Below are positions 17,956 through 20,000 of a stretch of DNA of 20,000 nucleotides, in pieces (within the stretch, counting starts at the first letter, position 1; the number at the start of each line of letters is the position of its first letter). Under the pieces are notes generated by a model. That model was not told the origin of the DNA and ran no database searches. It saw nothing but the letters and a program-made list of their open reading frames with translations. The DNA comes from an uncultured virus (IMG/VR IMGVR_UViG_3300035208_004867). Taxonomy: Duplodnaviria > Heunggongvirae > Uroviricota > Caudoviricetes. Where the stretch lies: IMG/VR virus record IMGVR_UViG_3300035208_004867. One strand, given 5' to 3'. The position numbers were made by a program, and so were the translations under genes.

Positions 17956-18528
17956 GTGATGAATATACAGGATTTACTGCTTACAATTAATGATTTTTCC
18001 AGATGCGGGAAAAAACTTGATTCTGTGAAGGCAATAGTTATGCATTGGACGGGCAATCCTATGGCAAGTGCGAAAGCGAACAGAGATTTTTTTGAAAACA
18101 GAAAAAACGGAAAAGCCGGATACGGCTCTGCTCATTACATTGTCGGGATAGACGGAGAAATAATAAGGTGTATTCCGGATAATGAAATTGCATATCATGT
18201 AGGAAGTTCTCAAATTGATCCAAAGAGCGGAAAGATATATACTGATTATGCGCGGGACATATTCGGAAAATATGCAATAGATTATAAGACATTGTCTCCT
18301 AATCTGTGTACAATCGGGATCGAGATGTGCCCTGTTGACAGTGCCGGACATTATAAAGACGTTACGCTGGAATCTGCGTCGGAGCTTGTTTCTTCTCTGC
18401 TGAAAAATAATAGATTGAAAAAAGAAAACATTACCACACATTATGCAATCGTAGGATGGAAGGATTGCCCTCGTTTATGGGTGAATCAACCGGAACTTTT
18501 TTCAGATTTTATAAAATCAATAAAATAA
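17956..18528 (+). CDS. Endolysin, N-acetylmuramoyl-L-alanine amidase (Amidase_2 family)
   Basis: IVMHWT, SAHYIV, AYHVG, IGIEMC, ITTHY, KDCP Zn-amidase motifs; no cell-wall-binding domain or signal peptide visible. The start could be ATG 17959. Confidence 0.92.
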   Translation: MMNIQDLLLTINDFSRCGKKLDSVKAIVMHWTGNPMASAKANRDFFENRKNGKAGYGSAHYIVGIDGEIIRCIPDNEIAYHVGSSQIDPKSGKIYTDYARDIFGKYAIDYKTLSPNLCTIGIEMCPVDSAGHYKDVTLESASELVSSLLKNNRLKKENITTHYAIVGWKDCPRLWVNQPELFSDFIKSIK

Positions 18529-18552
18529 AGTCCGACCGACTATAAGGCAGGG

Positions 18553-19062
18553 ATGATTATGGGAGAATTATTTATTTTTATCGGTATGTGCCTGCTTGGC
18601 GCATTCTGTGTTATCGGTTTAATCGAGTGGGTTAAATCTGTCCGTGATGCAGTTATTTCGGCTGTAAAACACACGGGTAAAATCACAACAATTGCATGGC
18701 CGGTTTTGTCGATAGTGTTTGCAGTGGGTATGGGATTCGCTCTGGGTAAAATGCCGTCGAGTACCATATTCGGCGCAACGTATAATGCGGTTATTTTTGC
18801 GTCGGTATTGATGCTGGCATTCAACGAGATTTTAGGTTACAATGTGATCGTTAAACTTATTTTTTACTGGGTTGATAAAGTTGTGTATGGTGATAAAATA
18901 CCGGATGCGGTTGCACCGAAAATAGAAATGATAACGGAAAAAGTTAAAGAAATTATTCCGGATAAAATTATTGATCCGGCTCCTGTTAGTCCGGTAGTAA
19001 CAACAGGAACAATAACAGGATCTCCTGTTAATACAACAGGAACAATAACAGGTACATTATGA
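18553..19062 (+). CDS. Putative holin with three hydrophobic segments and a hydrophilic Pro/Thr tail
   Basis: TM-like stretches LFIFIGMCLLGAFCVIGLI, IAWPVLSIVFAVGMGFAL and AVIFASVLMLAF; lies between endolysin and the spanin-like gene. Confidence 0.65.
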   Translation: MIMGELFIFIGMCLLGAFCVIGLIEWVKSVRDAVISAVKHTGKITTIAWPVLSIVFAVGMGFALGKMPSSTIFGATYNAVIFASVLMLAFNEILGYNVIVKLIFYWVDKVVYGDKIPDAVAPKIEMITEKVKEIIPDKIIDPAPVSPVVTTGTITGSPVNTTGTITGTL

Positions 19063-19586
19063 AAAATCTTAAGTTCTGGATTGCCGCATTTGTTTTTGTC
19101 GCTCTGATTTTTGTCTGTGCTACCGTGTTCTGTGGATGTGTGACAACAGGGAGTGTCCCGTCTGAAATTATCGCACAGTCGGCCGCCGTTGATACAAGCA
19201 TCTCACAGTTGCAGACACAGCAGGCAACATCAGCGGAAACGGTAACACAGGTATCAGCAACCACTGATGTAATCGAGCAGACGGCAAAAACGTTGAACGA
19301 TGGCAAACTCACTGGGCAGGTGGCGACACTTAAAACACAGGTTAAAACTCTAACTGATAGTCTTAAGATCGAGCGTGATAAAACAACAAAGATACAGTCT
19401 GATTATTCAACAGTAAAGGTTTCGTCCGGTACGGAGATAACAAATCAGTCCGGTAAAATCATTAAACAGGCGGCACAGATTAAAGCGCGCAGTAAATGCA
19501 TTATTATTTTAGCTGTAATTTTATTCATACACTTACTGCTCGACGCGGCTGTACTGCTGCTGAAATTCTATTTTCATAAGATTTAA
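19059..19586 (+). CDS. Putative unimolecular spanin-like lipoprotein
   Basis: N-terminal signal ending VFCG-C27 (lipobox-like), Q/T/K-rich coiled-coil middle, C-terminal TM helix IIILAVILFIHLLLDAAVLLL; last gene of the lysis cassette. Confidence 0.6.
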   Translation: MKNLKFWIAAFVFVALIFVCATVFCGCVTTGSVPSEIIAQSAAVDTSISQLQTQQATSAETVTQVSATTDVIEQTAKTLNDGKLTGQVATLKTQVKTLTDSLKIERDKTTKIQSDYSTVKVSSGTEITNQSGKIIKQAAQIKARSKCIIILAVILFIHLLLDAAVLLLKFYFHKI

Positions 19587-19630
19587 TTTACAGTCGGGGA
19601 TAATACCTAGGCATTTATAATTATTATTGT

Positions 19631-19660
19631 GCCGGACATGTAATATGTCCGGTTTTTTTT
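19631..19660 (+). terminator. Intrinsic terminator ending the late operon
   Basis: CCGGACAT-GTAAT-ATGTCCGG perfect 8-bp stem followed by T8. Confidence 0.88.
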
Positions 19661-19682
19661 GTCTAAAAAATATATTGTACTG

Positions 19683-19711
19683 TTGACAAGTGTATAAATA
19701 ACTGTTAGAGT
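19683..19711 (+). promoter_or_regulatory. Sigma70-type promoter (likely early, host RNA polymerase)
   Basis: Perfect TTGACA at 19683-19688, 17-bp spacer, TG-extended TAGAGT at 19706-19711, AT-rich UP-like tract upstream, and GGAGG RBS at 19718-19722. Confidence 0.7.
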
Positions 19712-19728
19712 GCCAATGGAGGCTGAAA

Positions 19729-20000
19729 ATGAATAGAAAAGAATTTTGTAAAAAATATGGAATTACGGAAGCTCAGTTTTATGGAAAAGAAGAGGTCGGC
19801 GGCTCTCTTTACCTGAGTTCCCTTACGTCCATACCTGACGGGTTCAACCCGACGGTCGGCGGCTCTCTTTACCTGCGTTCCCTTACGTCCATACCTGACG
19901 GGTTCAACCCGACGGTCGGCGGCTCTCTTGACCTGGGTTCCCTTACGTCCATACCTGACGGGTTCAACCCGACGGTCGGCGGCTCTCTTTACCTGCGTTC
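19729..20000 (+). CDS. LRR-like tandem-repeat protein (3'-truncated; absent from the ORF track)
   Basis: ATG 19729 after GGAGG: MNRKEFCKKYGITEAQFYGKEE followed by (VGGSL[Y/D]L[S/R/G]SLTSIPDGFNPT)n, open to the window end. Confidence 0.85.
   Translation, partial: MNRKEFCKKYGITEAQFYGKEEVGGSLYLSSLTSIPDGFNPTVGGSLYLRSLTSIPDGFNPTVGGSLDLGSLTSIPDGFNPTVGGSLYLR
19795..20000 (+). repeat. Near-perfect 60-bp tandem repeat, at least 3.4 copies
   Basis: Units start at 19795, 19855, 19915 and 19975 and are identical except at unit positions 16 (T,T,G,T) and 22 (A,C,G,C). Confidence 0.97.

Noticed and set aside
30..19312. Minus-strand and nested alternative-frame ORFs in the ORF track
   Set aside because: All overlap well-supported + strand structural genes, lack recognisable motifs, and look like antisense shadows.
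1..19586. Stop-codon reassignment (no gene ends in TAG)
   Set aside because: All genes are intact under the standard code and none is interrupted by in-frame TAG. TAG is the rarest stop in AT-rich genomes, so absence alone is not evidence.
19592..19608. GTCGGGGATAATACC resembling the 3' half of a type I-E CRISPR repeat (possible RNA anti-CRISPR)
   Set aside because: The complementary CCCC 5' arm is missing, so the repeat hairpin cannot form, and the match is too short.
19795..20000. 60-bp repeats as a CRISPR array
   Set aside because: Units are head-to-tail with no unique spacers, have a length divisible by three, and lie in an open frame with an RBS.

Overview
The window is a co-oriented (+ strand) late-gene block of a contractile-tailed (myovirus-type) phage or prophage. 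Gene order is: neck/head-tail proteins, tail sheath, tail tube, a tail assembly chaperone pair, a short tape measure, baseplate genes (hub, spike, PAAR-like tip, a fused tube-initiator/LysM/gp25-like protein, J-like wedge, second wedge), two tail fibres plus a chaperone, and a lysis cassette (membrane protein, Amidase_2 endolysin, holin-like protein, u-spanin-like lipoprotein) closed by an intrinsic terminator. A sigma70-type promoter then starts a new unit whose truncated first gene is built of near-perfect 60-bp/20-aa LRR-like repeats varying at only two codons. Gene order and several motifs recall SPO1/Twort-like (Herelleviridae-type) tail modules, but the spanin-like gene points to a two-membrane host. 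The most notable points are the two-site-variable repeat protein, a promoter-terminator cassette predicting a ~60-nt RNA inside the baseplate operon, a tail-chaperone frameshift that must be +1/-2 rather than -1, a three-domain baseplate fusion, and the helical u-spanin-like protein. Product calls rest on motif recognition and synteny only; no searches were run.
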